Virus record (IMG/VR): IMGVR_UViG_3300042503_000838
Coordinates: 61,843 to 125,842 of that record
Reading direction: 5' to 3' (one strand)
Length of the DNA stretch: 64,000 nt
Source: a virus
Shown: positions 19,154 to 27,666 of the stretch, piece after piece
Layout of the letters: each line of letters starts with the position of its first letter
Numbering within the stretch: position 1 is the first letter of the stretch
The notes under the pieces: model-generated
Databases searched by the model: none
Told to the model about the DNA's origin: nothing
The model's input: the letters and a program-made list of their open reading frames with translations, nothing else
Translations under genes and position numbers: made by a program

Positions 19154-22081
19154 TTAGTTTTTACGGCTTCCACGGCGGCGTCCTGCTTGAGCTTGTAATT
19201 GTTGCATTACTGCTCCAAGATTAGATACCTCTGGTTCGTAGTATTCTACCGTTTCTACATTGACCGGAGACGTGGCAGAGGGTAAGTTTACCTCTAGCTG
19301 CTCCGGAGAATATTGGTAGTTACCAGATAGAACACGATTTACGGGACCCATTGCAGGGGCGGCTGGACCAGTGTAAGGATTTTGCGTACGCGCAAAAGAA
19401 CCGATGTTCATAGTAGAAACACGCTCGGTGCCTACCTTTTGTCCTGTCAACGGATTGCGAACAGGAACGGCACGCATACCTACACCAGATTGGGGTGTAG
19501 ACATTTGAGAACGTAAGGCAGACATCTGAGCACCCGTAGGGGTGCTACTCATACCAAGCATTGCCTCTGGTGCAACACCACTGCGCATGCCTTCTTGCAT
19601 AACTTTACGCTGAGAGGCAGTATCAATGCGAGGCGCGTAGTATGCAACGTTTTCACCGTCATAGTCATCGCTAATGGTCATGGGGTCGATGCCGCCTTCG
19701 CCACGAACTTGGTAACGTCCGGGGATAGGGCCAGAGGTGCCTTCGGTTTCGTAAATGGGATAACCCCCTTTATTGAAACCTTTAACAACTTTTTTACCTT
19801 CGGGTGACAACTTGATGGGTTCGCCGTAAATGGGAGTGTCTTTCTCTGTTTTAAGCAAGCCCATTACAAAAGCATTGGCCTCTGTCGGGTAATAAGTATT
19901 ACCAGTGGTTTGGCTGACTTGCGGCTTGAGAAGGGGAAGATCAATCCCTTCTTGATTCATTAGATAATCATCAACAGATTTAATGATGAAGCCTTGGTAG
20001 TCATAAGATTCACCAATATCGGCCAAGGTTTTACCTTGCGCCAGACCAATTTTTAATGCATCGGGATTTTTTTCGCGTAAGTAAGCGGCCTTGGCGCTTG
20101 GGTTATTGAAATAATCTGATTGTGCTTGTGCTGCAACATTTTGAATCGTGGCACGATCCAAAGATACAGGCTCTGGTTGTGAACTTTTGAGTGTAGTCCA
20201 ACCAACTTGTTGATCATTTTGTGCCAGGGGGGTACGCCTGATGCCGATTAATGGCGCCTCTCCGGTGATAATGCGTGCTGTCGTTGGTTTATAAGGACGA
20301 CGGATGTTAGTTCCACGGATGGTCTCACCATATATCACGGATGGCGACCAATTGGCAACGGGTTGAGTTGTAATTTTGTCAGGTACAACATCTACGGCAG
20401 TTTCAAAACCACCAATCAATTTATTAGTGCCGACATTAATATCAGCCGTTTCGATCCCCATTCCACCTTTGTAGCCAACATCTTGCATGCGTAAAAGTTG
20501 GCCAAAAGATTTGGTGGGGTCTGGAGAAGCAACGTTGAGGCCTGTGGTCTGAATGCCTTCTGCAGTGCGGCGCAGGGGTAACACAACGTCAGCCGAACGT
20601 AACTGACGCTCGGATCCAGGGGCAGCCCCCGTTGCTTGTTGGATTACACCTGGAATCTGCGTTGTTCCTTTATTGGTGCGTTCACGGAAGGATTCAGTTT
20701 CAATCAATAGATTCCCAACGCCTTCTGTATCGCCATAATCAGTGCCCATCTCGCGATTGGCAGTCATTACCTCGGTTGGGTCGATATCGTAATCGTCGAT
20801 TTCTTGATAGTAATTACCTGTGTTGGGGTCATAAGTAAAACCAGCTTGTTCAAGTTTTTCTTTTTGACCTAGTTGTTTGAGATCAGCCGTTTCTGCATAA
20901 GTCAGCCCTCTTCCACCAACACCAGCGGTTTGTAGTTCTTCCATGGGGGCTTCCGTCATAGAAGCGCGTGCGCCACCGGCAATCTCCATCGTCGGGTTAC
21001 TGCTGACAGCGCCGCCACGAATCTTAGGTGTAGTCCCAAGAAACTCACGAATCTGCTCGCGGGGTACAGCAGGATTCAAGATCTGATCACGGATCTCCCG
21101 TGGATAAGATGCAGCTGCCATCGTACGCTCAAGAACTTCTTGAGGAGTAAAACGACCACGAGGCGTAGCAGAATCAGAGACCGTGCTCAGATCTAAAGCA
21201 CGGCCTGCACTTAAACCTGCTTTAGTTGAAACAGTGCCAATTTTGGCGCCACGCATTGCACGGGCTTGTTGTGGGGACAGTTCCAGCTCACCGGTTAAGT
21301 CTGAAACACTACGTCCGCCTCTTTCATAACGAGCACCGTAGTACTGCTGGGCTTGACGGCCCATCTCCTCAAGCTGTTCTTCCAGTTCCCATACGTTACC
21401 CGTGACTGCTGCACGTGTTGTTTCTTGAGGAAAGTTTTTAACCTGTTTGACAACAGCATCGATTCTTTCAACGCGATCTGCATCGCGACTAAAACTAGCA
21501 AAGTCATTAGCGTTAACGTCACGTTGCTCTGGAATAACAACGCCTCTATTAACAACTTGATCCAGGCCTGGGTCTGTTGCTTCAACCTGCTGCTTAACAA
21601 CCGAAGGGCGCTGCTCAACTTGCACAGAAGTTAAGTCTTCGGCTGGTAATACAGCACCTTTGCTTTCCAGGAAGGAACGGGGCGTGAACTGGGGGGCAGC
21701 AGGTGCTTGCGTTGGTGTTTGAGGTGCAGGCGGCTTGGAGGGTGCAGGCACATCTTCGGAACGCCCTAAATCACGCACCAAACGCTGCGCAGGGCCTCCA
21801 TATTCTTTAGGTGAGGGGGCTACAGCTGTTTTTGCGGGCGCTTTCCGTAAAGCACGGGTAAGTCCGTACGCACCACCGGCGAGACCGGCTGCGGCGGCAC
21901 CAATACCTAGCAAATTGGTGAGGTTAAACCCACCTTCTTGCTCCTGTTGGGGAGCTTTGAGCTGATTACGGCGGAATTCAAGTACTTCAGGGGCCATTTC
22001 GGCCCGTTCCCTGGGATCTTCTGGGACTGGGGCTCCAGTGGCACGGCTGTATGCGTAAAAATCAGCTGGGGAAAGTGCCAT
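19154..22081 (-). CDS. large low-complexity putative internal virion protein
   Basis: 975-aa ORF, first gene of the leftward operon; N-terminal hydrophobic LLGIGAAAAGLAGGAYGL segment. Confidence 0.6.
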   Translation of the reverse strand: MALSPADFYAYSRATGAPVPEDPRERAEMAPEVLEFRRNQLKAPQQEQEGGFNLTNLLGIGAAAAGLAGGAYGLTRALRKAPAKTAVAPSPKEYGGPAQRLVRDLGRSEDVPAPSKPPAPQTPTQAPAAPQFTPRSFLESKGAVLPAEDLTSVQVEQRPSVVKQQVEATDPGLDQVVNRGVVIPEQRDVNANDFASFSRDADRVERIDAVVKQVKNFPQETTRAAVTGNVWELEEQLEEMGRQAQQYYGARYERGGRSVSDLTGELELSPQQARAMRGAKIGTVSTKAGLSAGRALDLSTVSDSATPRGRFTPQEVLERTMAAASYPREIRDQILNPAVPREQIREFLGTTPKIRGGAVSSNPTMEIAGGARASMTEAPMEELQTAGVGGRGLTYAETADLKQLGQKEKLEQAGFTYDPNTGNYYQEIDDYDIDPTEVMTANREMGTDYGDTEGVGNLLIETESFRERTNKGTTQIPGVIQQATGAAPGSERQLRSADVVLPLRRTAEGIQTTGLNVASPDPTKSFGQLLRMQDVGYKGGMGIETADINVGTNKLIGGFETAVDVVPDKITTQPVANWSPSVIYGETIRGTNIRRPYKPTTARIITGEAPLIGIRRTPLAQNDQQVGWTTLKSSQPEPVSLDRATIQNVAAQAQSDYFNNPSAKAAYLREKNPDALKIGLAQGKTLADIGESYDYQGFIIKSVDDYLMNQEGIDLPLLKPQVSQTTGNTYYPTEANAFVMGLLKTEKDTPIYGEPIKLSPEGKKVVKGFNKGGYPIYETEGTSGPIPGRYQVRGEGGIDPMTISDDYDGENVAYYAPRIDTASQRKVMQEGMRSGVAPEAMLGMSSTPTGAQMSALRSQMSTPQSGVGMRAVPVRNPLTGQKVGTERVSTMNIGSFARTQNPYTGPAAPAMGPVNRVLSGNYQYSPEQLEVNLPSATSPVNVETVEYYEPEVSNLGAVMQQLQAQAGRRRGSRKN

Positions 22082-22184
22082 GAGCTGTTATTACTTGTGT
22101 CTTTTATCTTTTGTCATTCTATTGTTTACAAATCTCGGACGTAGTGACGCTATATTTAAAGAATAACTTTAATTCGCACCAGGG

Positions 22185-22397
22185 ATGGACGCTGGTAAAC
22201 GGCAAAAACGAGTTGAAGGTCTCGAAGCCATCAAAGATAAGGCCTTGTCACTTGCACGTGAAGGCCGCGACTCTTTCGAGGTACGTGATTTTGTAACCGA
22301 AGCCAAAAAAGAGCTTGCATATGAGCTTCCCGACGAGAAAGCCTTCACAAAAGCGATGAACGCAACGCTGGCATATAAGCGGCAAAAAGGGAATTAG
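22185..22397 (+). CDS. hypothetical protein
   Basis: 70-aa ORF divergent from the structural operon, followed by a terminator. Confidence 0.6.
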   Translation: MDAGKRQKRVEGLEAIKDKALSLAREGRDSFEVRDFVTEAKKELAYELPDEKAFTKAMNATLAYKRQKGN

Positions 22398-22421
22398 AAA
22401 TTTTTTAAAACTTTGAAATCA

Positions 22422-22448
22422 CCGGGGCTAAACACCCCGGCTTTTTTG
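22422..22448 (+). terminator. intrinsic terminator
   Basis: CCGGGG-CTAAACA-CCCCGG-CTTTTTT. Confidence 0.8.
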
Positions 22449-22671
22449 TGTAAAAATTTGGGGTAGACGGGTATTTTACGTACACAAATCAAAGTTTACT
22501 TCAAAGTAAGGCCCCTATATAGGTCAAAATAGGAAACAAAATTTCCTGACGCTTCTCACAACACCCAACCTAAGTGAAATGTGGGAAGAAAAAAAAGAAT
22601 GGCGGGTAGGTAGATAAGTATATCGGGGGCTGCGCATCCGTACCACGCAGGATACCACCGCATTCAATTCA

Positions 22672-22974
22672 ATGGCTAGTGTTATTGCAACAATCAGCGA
22701 GCAAGAGCTTGATTATCGCATCGAGCAAGCAGCATTTGCGCTATTTGAAGGTAAGCGAGTCAAGCTAAGAGCAGGTTTATTCCGCGCGAGTGGAATTACA
22801 CCGAAGCAACTAATGGATCAATTACTCCAGACCTTGTATTGCCAAGAGCTAGAGATGATCCAGAGTGAGTATGGCGTCGCGTGTGAGTATATCGAGCCAC
22901 GACAGTGGCGAGTAATGATTACACGAAAGCCTGAAGATTATAGCTTCGTTGTACAAGCAACCTGCATTGGTTGA
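22672..22974 (+). CDS. hypothetical early protein
   Basis: 100-aa ORF followed by a terminator. Confidence 0.5.
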   Translation: MASVIATISEQELDYRIEQAAFALFEGKRVKLRAGLFRASGITPKQLMDQLLQTLYCQELEMIQSEYGVACEYIEPRQWRVMITRKPEDYSFVVQATCIG

Positions 22975-22986
22975 CGGTTACATCTT

Positions 22987-23008
22987 CCCCTGGGCAACCA
23001 GGGGTTTA
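22987..23008 (+). terminator. intrinsic terminator
   Basis: CCCCTGG-GCAA-CCAGGGG-TTTA; same stem as the 3347..3370 terminator. Confidence 0.75.
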
Positions 23009-23163
23009 TATAGCCCTCAATGTGTGTAAATCAACACAATTCCGTACTATTTCATCGCGCATATGGGGCGCCGGCATCTTAGCACACCTGTGTTCATATA
23101 GAACAGTTGGCTAATGTCCACCGGATATTATGTGCATATCCCGACGTGAAAGGTCGGGATTAA

Positions 23164-23190
23164 AACGTCAAGCTGGACGTTAAACGTAGC
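23164..23190 (+). ncRNA. leader H-type pseudoknot, copy 1 (divergent)
   Basis: AACGTC-AAGCTG-GACGTT-AAACG-TAGC; loop GCTG pairs with TAGC; 25 nt before ATG 23216. Confidence 0.6.
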
Positions 23191-23215
23191 ATTGACTCTT
23201 TACTAACTCAACAAC

Positions 23216-23404
23216 ATGACCTCATTCAAGAACTGGGCCACATCCGTCTGTGTTGCAGCAATCATCATCGGCATCGGCACGCAAGTAATGATGCACCAAC
23301 TAGATCAAGCAACTGCACAGCAATGTGCTAATCACGACTGGCCCAAGCAAGCACACGACATCCACATGGATTGGTGTGCGGCTAACAATTATTCAACCAA
23401 CTGA
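23216..23404 (+). CDS. hypothetical early protein (N-terminal hydrophobic helix)
   Basis: 62-aa ORF with A/C-rich leader. Confidence 0.6.
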   Translation: MTSFKNWATSVCVAAIIIGIGTQVMMHQLDQATAQQCANHDWPKQAHDIHMDWCAANNYSTN

Positions 23405-23446
23405 GTACCAGGTGTGATGCCAGGGGATCGAATCCCCTACTCAGTA
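23400..23446 (+). ncRNA. tRNA-like minihelix (acceptor stem plus T-arm only)
   Basis: 7-bp ACTGAGT/ACTCAGT stacked on 5-bp AGGGG/CCCCT with 7-nt loop ATCGAAT; 15-nt linker in place of the D and anticodon arms. Confidence 0.6.
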
Positions 23447-23483
23447 TTGCCATCCACTGAAGGTGGCTATAACTCAACTCAAC

Positions 23484-23693
23484 ATGACTGCACTCAACCT
23501 ACGTAAGAACACTGCTCAGTTCCTATTGAGCACTGCTCAGTCTCTATTGAGCACAGCATCTTTTATTGAGCAAGCCAAGGTTCCCAACAAGGAAGATATT
23601 GGCGAAAAGCTGAACGAGTATAGAACTCGGGCTGCGGCACTTATGATGCCGAACGACATGGCATTCGTTATCACACCTAAGACTGAAGCCTGA
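23484..23693 (+). CDS. hypothetical early protein
   Basis: ATG after AACTCAACTCAAC leader. Confidence 0.55.
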   Translation: MTALNLRKNTAQFLLSTAQSLLSTASFIEQAKVPNKEDIGEKLNEYRTRAAALMMPNDMAFVITPKTEA

Positions 23694-23751
23694 CTCCTGC
23701 ACTAAGGGCCTATGGGCCTTTTCTGCAGGACTCAACATCCTGTCATCAAAC
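23691..23751 (+). repeat. intergenic structured repeat A, copy 1
   Basis: Near-identical to 24190..24249; nested hairpin with covariation. Confidence 0.85.
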
Positions 23752-23768
23752 CTACCGAGCTCAACTCA

Positions 23769-23990
23769 ATGCTCTGCTACTATCCACACGAAGGTGCCAC
23801 CGAACGCATCACTTGGCATGGTGGGGAATCAACCATGCTTCACTACCAGGTGCAAGTAGATGACTACAAGGGAGATCCTGATTGGATCGAGCGTGAATCT
23901 CAGACATTCATGGGAGGAATGCCTTGTGGCACCAAGGAACTACTAGCTGCAATGTCTGATTACTACCAAAGCATCGTTCAACCTTACTGA
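23769..23990 (+). CDS. hypothetical early protein
   Basis: ORF between repeat A copies. Confidence 0.55.
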   Translation: MLCYYPHEGATERITWHGGESTMLHYQVQVDDYKGDPDWIERESQTFMGGMPCGTKELLAAMSDYYQSIVQPY

Positions 23991-23991
23991 C

Positions 23992-24192
23992 ATGAACAAC
24001 AACTACTTCACAAACGCTGTGCTTGCCCTCGTTATGGGCGCAGGAGCAGGCATGCTGCTATCTGCTGGAGCACAGCAACTACTCAACAAGCACTACGTCA
24101 AGACATGCCCAGCAAAGCCAGGGCATCAACTCATATACATGCGTAGCTTTCTAGGCGATGCATACTATTGCTTAGATAAGCGCACACTCTGA
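23992..24192 (+). CDS. hypothetical early membrane protein
   Basis: N-terminal hydrophobic helix and Cys pair. Confidence 0.55.
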   Translation: MNNNYFTNAVLALVMGAGAGMLLSAGAQQLLNKHYVKTCPAKPGHQLIYMRSFLGDAYYCLDKRTL

Positions 24193-24249
24193 CTCTTGCA
24201 CTAAGGGGCTTCGGCCCTTTACTGCAGGACTCAATATCCTGCATCAAAC
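24190..24249 (+). repeat. intergenic structured repeat A, copy 2
   Basis: TGACTCTTGCACTAAGGGGCTTCGGCCCTTTACTGCAGGACTCAATATCCTGCATCAAAC. Confidence 0.85.
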
Positions 24250-24266
24250 TTGTAGCTCAACACCAC

Positions 24267-24464
24267 ATGAAACACACAGTTCGTTTGGAACCAGGGCGAT
24301 TTATCCACCTTGATTCTTACTATGCGTCTCATGAGACACGCCTTAGTAAGATCTGCGTGGTAGCCCTGACACTAACCATTGCCGCACTCACTGCAGGTGC
24401 AGTGATCGGCATGGATATCACAAACCCAACTCCTACTCAACACCATGACAACACTCAGCGCTAA
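24267..24464 (+). CDS. hypothetical early membrane protein
   Basis: 65 aa with one TM-like segment. Confidence 0.55.
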   Translation: MKHTVRLEPGRFIHLDSYYASHETRLSKICVVALTLTIAALTAGAVIGMDITNPTPTQHHDNTQR

Positions 24465-24783
24465 CATCAAACTTATCGAAGATCGCATCCAGGAACTCTG
24501 TGATGCACTACAAGATCACTTTTACAAACAGTACCAACGTGTCTGCACATATGAAATTGTGCGAGGCGTTAAGTACTACAAGATCATCCACGTCTGCAAC
24601 CCTGGCTGTGAACGTGAAGGCAGGTCAGTCCATGCATTTGTCGCAAGGCAAACAGGGACTGTATACAAGCCTGCCTCATGGAAAGCACCAGCGAAACATG
24701 CCAGGTACCAGCTACTAGATGACGGATCATTTGCTAGGTGCCTAGAAAAAGCAGACTGGGCTGGAGCGTACCTCTACCTGTAG
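24445..24783 (+). CDS. conserved phage hypothetical protein
   Basis: YYKII...RSVHAFV...G.VYKPASWKAPAK pattern recalled from other cyanophages. Confidence 0.65.
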   Translation: MTTLSANIKLIEDRIQELCDALQDHFYKQYQRVCTYEIVRGVKYYKIIHVCNPGCEREGRSVHAFVARQTGTVYKPASWKAPAKHARYQLLDDGSFARCLEKADWAGAYLYL

Positions 24784-24881
24784 TCACACCACAGGTAGCG
24801 TACCACCCTCGCATCACACTACATGCGTTGTTGCATAGCTAGCAACCAGCATGTAACCTAACTCAGCACCAACCCAACTCC

Positions 24882-25097
24882 ATGGAACTCCTCAATCAAT
24901 TTGATGTTGCTAACCCTGATCACGTCTCAGTGATTACCAGGGATGGCAAGGTTATTATCTCCATCCGCAAGGATGGGACAGATGTAACTATTGGTATTCC
25001 CCATGGGTCTAGCAACAACATCTTTAACACAACCCCCCGGCCCCCTCTACAACAGCCAGCACCACAGATAAAGGCTGTTAAGGAGGTAAGGCCTTAG
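24882..25097 (+). CDS. hypothetical early protein
   Basis: 71-aa ORF with A/C-rich leader. Confidence 0.55.
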   Translation: MELLNQFDVANPDHVSVITRDGKVIISIRKDGTDVTIGIPHGSSNNIFNTTPRPPLQQPAPQIKAVKEVRP

Positions 25098-25160
25098 TTG
25101 TTTTCTTGATAAACAACGGTTATTAGGATTCCAAGTAACTGAACTCACCCCAACACTCCA

Positions 25161-25535
25161 ATGAAATCACGCATCTCTGTCCTTAAAGAAGACCAGATCT
25201 GGGCACTGCGTTGCAAAGGATATCGCTACGACTTGATCGCTAGCATTGTCAACTGCAGCCCAGTATCTATGACACAGGTACTCCGACGGGTAAGGCAACG
25301 TCCTCCCGTCAAGGAAGACCCAATCAAACGTGGCCGTTACCGTGGCTTCCTAAGTGATGCCCAGGTAAATGACATTCGTAACCGTGCCAAGTACAAGGAA
25401 CCCATTGGGTTTATTGCCAGGGCTTACGACATGACACCAGAGGCCATCTATGCAATCGTCAGCTACAGGACCTATAAGGAACCCTGCAAAGATGATGTAT
25501 TTATCCCACGCTTTGCTAACAGACTCATGAGGTAG
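25161..25535 (+). CDS. putative helix-turn-helix protein (two HTH-like segments)
   Basis: LRCKGYRYDLIASIVNCSPVSM and LSDAQVNDIR...IARAYDMTPEAIYAIV. Confidence 0.6.
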   Translation: MKSRISVLKEDQIWALRCKGYRYDLIASIVNCSPVSMTQVLRRVRQRPPVKEDPIKRGRYRGFLSDAQVNDIRNRAKYKEPIGFIARAYDMTPEAIYAIVSYRTYKEPCKDDVFIPRFANRLMR

Positions 25536-25579
25536 TACATAAGTATTATCAATCACCCCACAATGGGGTGATCCTACTC

Positions 25580-25608
25580 ACGTCCTGAGTAAGACGTTAA
25601 ACTGCTCA
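25580..25608 (+). ncRNA. leader H-type pseudoknot, copy 2
   Basis: ACGTC-CTGAGTAA-GACGT-TAAAC-TGCTCA; TGAGTA pairs with TGCTCA. Confidence 0.8.
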
Positions 25609-25630
25609 CCGTTCCATCTCAACTCAGACC

Positions 25631-25774
25631 ATGATTGAACTTGATCAGAACTACAACGCTGACTTGCTTGATGCTATGGCAGACATTGCCTACGAGCAGG
25701 AGCAAGCCATGTTTGAATCCAATCAAGAAGAATGGATTCTAGTTGAACATCCACTTACTTACCAAGGTGACTAA
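25631..25774 (+). CDS. small acidic protein (47 aa)
   Basis: MIELDQNYNADLLDAMADIAYEQEQAMFE... read by eye downstream of pseudoknot 2. Confidence 0.6.
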   Translation: MIELDQNYNADLLDAMADIAYEQEQAMFESNQEEWILVEHPLTYQGD

Positions 25775-25776
25775 CC

Positions 25777-26235
25777 ATGGCCAAATCAATTCAACGCACT
25801 GAAGTGTGGGATGAAGACCCAATCATTCTCTTCATCACACTCATCTCAATCTCAATCACACTCATAGGAGATCTCATCTCATGTCTCTTCAACCTGAACA
25901 ACTGCTCATCGCAGACGCTTTCGGCTACGAACCCTGTGGTCCAGACGAAGCTTCAGAACAGTACCAAGCCTACGCAGACTTCCAAGACGCACCCAAAGGC
26001 GCCATCGCCTGCACTGGTAACGTCTACCGAAACAAGCGTGGAACCCTCCGTTGCTACTGGATCCCAACCGGTGGCAACTACTCAGCCCAGGACAAAGAAG
26101 ATCTCGAAGGATGGTACGACGTCCCAACCAACGAAGAGATCGAGGAGTACACATTCGACAGCTGCTGCCTCACTCCCTGTGGAGACGAAGTCGAACCCGA
26201 TCATTCCGACAGCTGGCTTAGGATTCTCGGCTTGA
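25777..26235 (+). CDS. putative membrane protein with Ser/Thr/Pro-rich tail, overlapping the next gene
   Basis: ATG 2 nt after the upstream stop; TM segment IILFITLISISITLIG; 355-nt overlap with 25881..26240. Confidence 0.45.
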   Translation: MAKSIQRTEVWDEDPIILFITLISISITLIGDLISCLFNLNNCSSQTLSATNPVVQTKLQNSTKPTQTSKTHPKAPSPALVTSTETSVEPSVATGSQPVATTQPRTKKISKDGTTSQPTKRSRSTHSTAAASLPVETKSNPIIPTAGLGFSA

Positions 26236-26240
26236 TCTAA
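25881..26240 (+). CDS. conserved acidic phage hypothetical protein
   Basis: C-terminal EEYTFDSCCLTPCGDEVEPDHSDSWLRILGLI. Confidence 0.65.
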   Translation: MSLQPEQLLIADAFGYEPCGPDEASEQYQAYADFQDAPKGAIACTGNVYRNKRGTLRCYWIPTGGNYSAQDKEDLEGWYDVPTNEEIEEYTFDSCCLTPCGDEVEPDHSDSWLRILGLI

Positions 26241-26306
26241 CCTACATCACATAACACTAGCGTTATGCTGACATGCGCTATTCGCGAATAGCGAACAGTA
26301 AGTACC

Positions 26307-26336
26307 AGGGTATTGCCAGATAACTACTGGCCTACC
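26307..26336 (+). repeat. 30-bp direct repeat B, copy 1 (hairpin)
   Basis: AGGGTATTGCCAGATAACTACTGGCCTACC identical to 26578..26607. Confidence 0.9.
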
Positions 26337-26362
26337 TATCTAAACTCAAAGCGATTAACACA

Positions 26363-26569
26363 ATGCCACAAAGAATTTTTGTTTTCAAAACCACTGAAGT
26401 TACTTCAGATGGCAGACCTTATCTTCTAGCTATACCAGAAGATAAGATAACTGAACTGCGTACAACTTATGGCAGCGATAACATCTATGCAATTGTTAAC
26501 GGCACGAAAGTCAATTGTTCCTTTGAGCGATTGATCAAAGAACTAGGTACGCCTCACAACTGTTTTTAA
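26363..26569 (+). CDS. hypothetical protein flanked by repeat B
   Basis: 68-aa, relatively AT-rich ORF. Confidence 0.55.
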   Translation: MPQRIFVFKTTEVTSDGRPYLLAIPEDKITELRTTYGSDNIYAIVNGTKVNCSFERLIKELGTPHNCF

Positions 26570-26577
26570 ACTCATCA

Positions 26578-26607
26578 AGGGTATTGCCAGATAACTACTG
26601 GCCTACC
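26578..26607 (+). repeat. 30-bp direct repeat B, copy 2
   Basis: Identical to 26307..26336. Confidence 0.9.
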
Positions 26608-26703
26608 CCCTGCACCCCTGCAAGAAGTACCAGAGGTGCACCCTTAATCTATTAGGGAATACCTCTGTACTACACACCATTCATTCACTTACCAACCCAA
26701 GAC

Positions 26704-26991
26704 ATGACACCTACCTACCGTCAACCCAAACTTAATGAGTACCACAAACTCACAGATATTCTTGAAGAACTACAAGCAATGTCTCAACGTGAGAGCAAGA
26801 GGCATGAAATAGATCAACACCTGACTCCATCCATGCTTGCTCTACTGGATAACGAGATCATTCCCATACTTGAGAATGAACTGGAATGGGAACCATCAGA
26901 TGCAGACCTTAGCTGTGATGGTGAACCGCCCCTGACTGCTGATGAAATGCACACTGCAGCATGGCGTCAGCACCAGGAACTGCATAGCTAA
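26704..26991 (+). CDS. hypothetical early protein
   Basis: 95-aa acidic ORF. Confidence 0.6.
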   Translation: MTPTYRQPKLNEYHKLTDILEELQAMSQRESKRHEIDQHLTPSMLALLDNEIIPILENELEWEPSDADLSCDGEPPLTADEMHTAAWRQHQELHS

Positions 26992-27096
26992 CAGCCCTAC
27001 CGCAACATTAAGGAATCATTAAGACCACTGGTCATGGCTTGCTGCCACCTGGTAGACTTGCCGTGACCACACTCAGATCTCACTTGACACCACACC

Positions 27097-27300
27097 ATGT
27101 CCGACAGCATTCGCATCCCAGACTCAATTGATCTTCAGCGTCTACAAGCTATGCAGCTTGTAGCCAAGATGAAAGAATCAGCTGATAAACATGGGGTTGG
27201 TTTCATTGGGGGCTTCATTGCCCCCAATGGAGAGAAATTCATCATGACAAATATGGATGATGAAGATACCCAAGCATTACTACCTGACAATTTGAAATGA
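27097..27300 (+). CDS. hypothetical early protein
   Basis: 67-aa ORF. Confidence 0.6.
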   Translation: MSDSIRIPDSIDLQRLQAMQLVAKMKESADKHGVGFIGGFIAPNGEKFIMTNMDDEDTQALLPDNLK

Positions 27301-27369
27301 CAACCATTGAATTCTTGATTCTATTTGGAATTCTTGTTTGCTTTTCCTTGTTACTTAACTATTTGATTT

Positions 27370-27666
27370 ATGGATAAACACAAAGCAATGATCGATGAGA
27401 TCATTGACAAATTCAACTTTGAACGAGTGCACATTGCTATGACAGCACTTGACTGGCAATGGGCAACCACAGCAGGTAATGGATATGCAATACCAACACT
27501 AACCAAACTCAAAGCAATGGCACGTACTTTGTTACGTGAATCCTTTAATGAAACACAAGTTAGCAGTGGTGGTTTTGTAGCCACTTACCATCCCAAGGAC
27601 GAACTTACCTCTGAGTATTTTGACTTGAAGTTTGTACTCCATCACGCAGATTCTTACGATGACTAA
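27370..27666 (+). CDS. conserved phage hypothetical protein
   Basis: IDEIIDKFNFERVHIAMTALDWQW pattern. Confidence 0.65.
   Translation: MDKHKAMIDEIIDKFNFERVHIAMTALDWQWATTAGNGYAIPTLTKLKAMARTLLRESFNETQVSSGGFVATYHPKDELTSEYFDLKFVLHHADSYDD

Noticed and set aside
23022-23038. CRP/NtcA-like palindrome TGTGT-N6-ACACA
   Set aside because: Single imperfect match with no supporting promoter spacing; could be chance
25580-25608. Pseudoknot repeats read as hammerhead ribozymes or preQ1 riboswitches
   Set aside because: They lack the CUGANGA/GAAA hammerhead core and the conserved preQ1-I loop nucleotides; only the topology is similar
23691-26607. CRISPR-like array in the early-region repeats
   Set aside because: Only two copies of each repeat, separated by whole genes rather than 30-40 nt spacers; no cas genes
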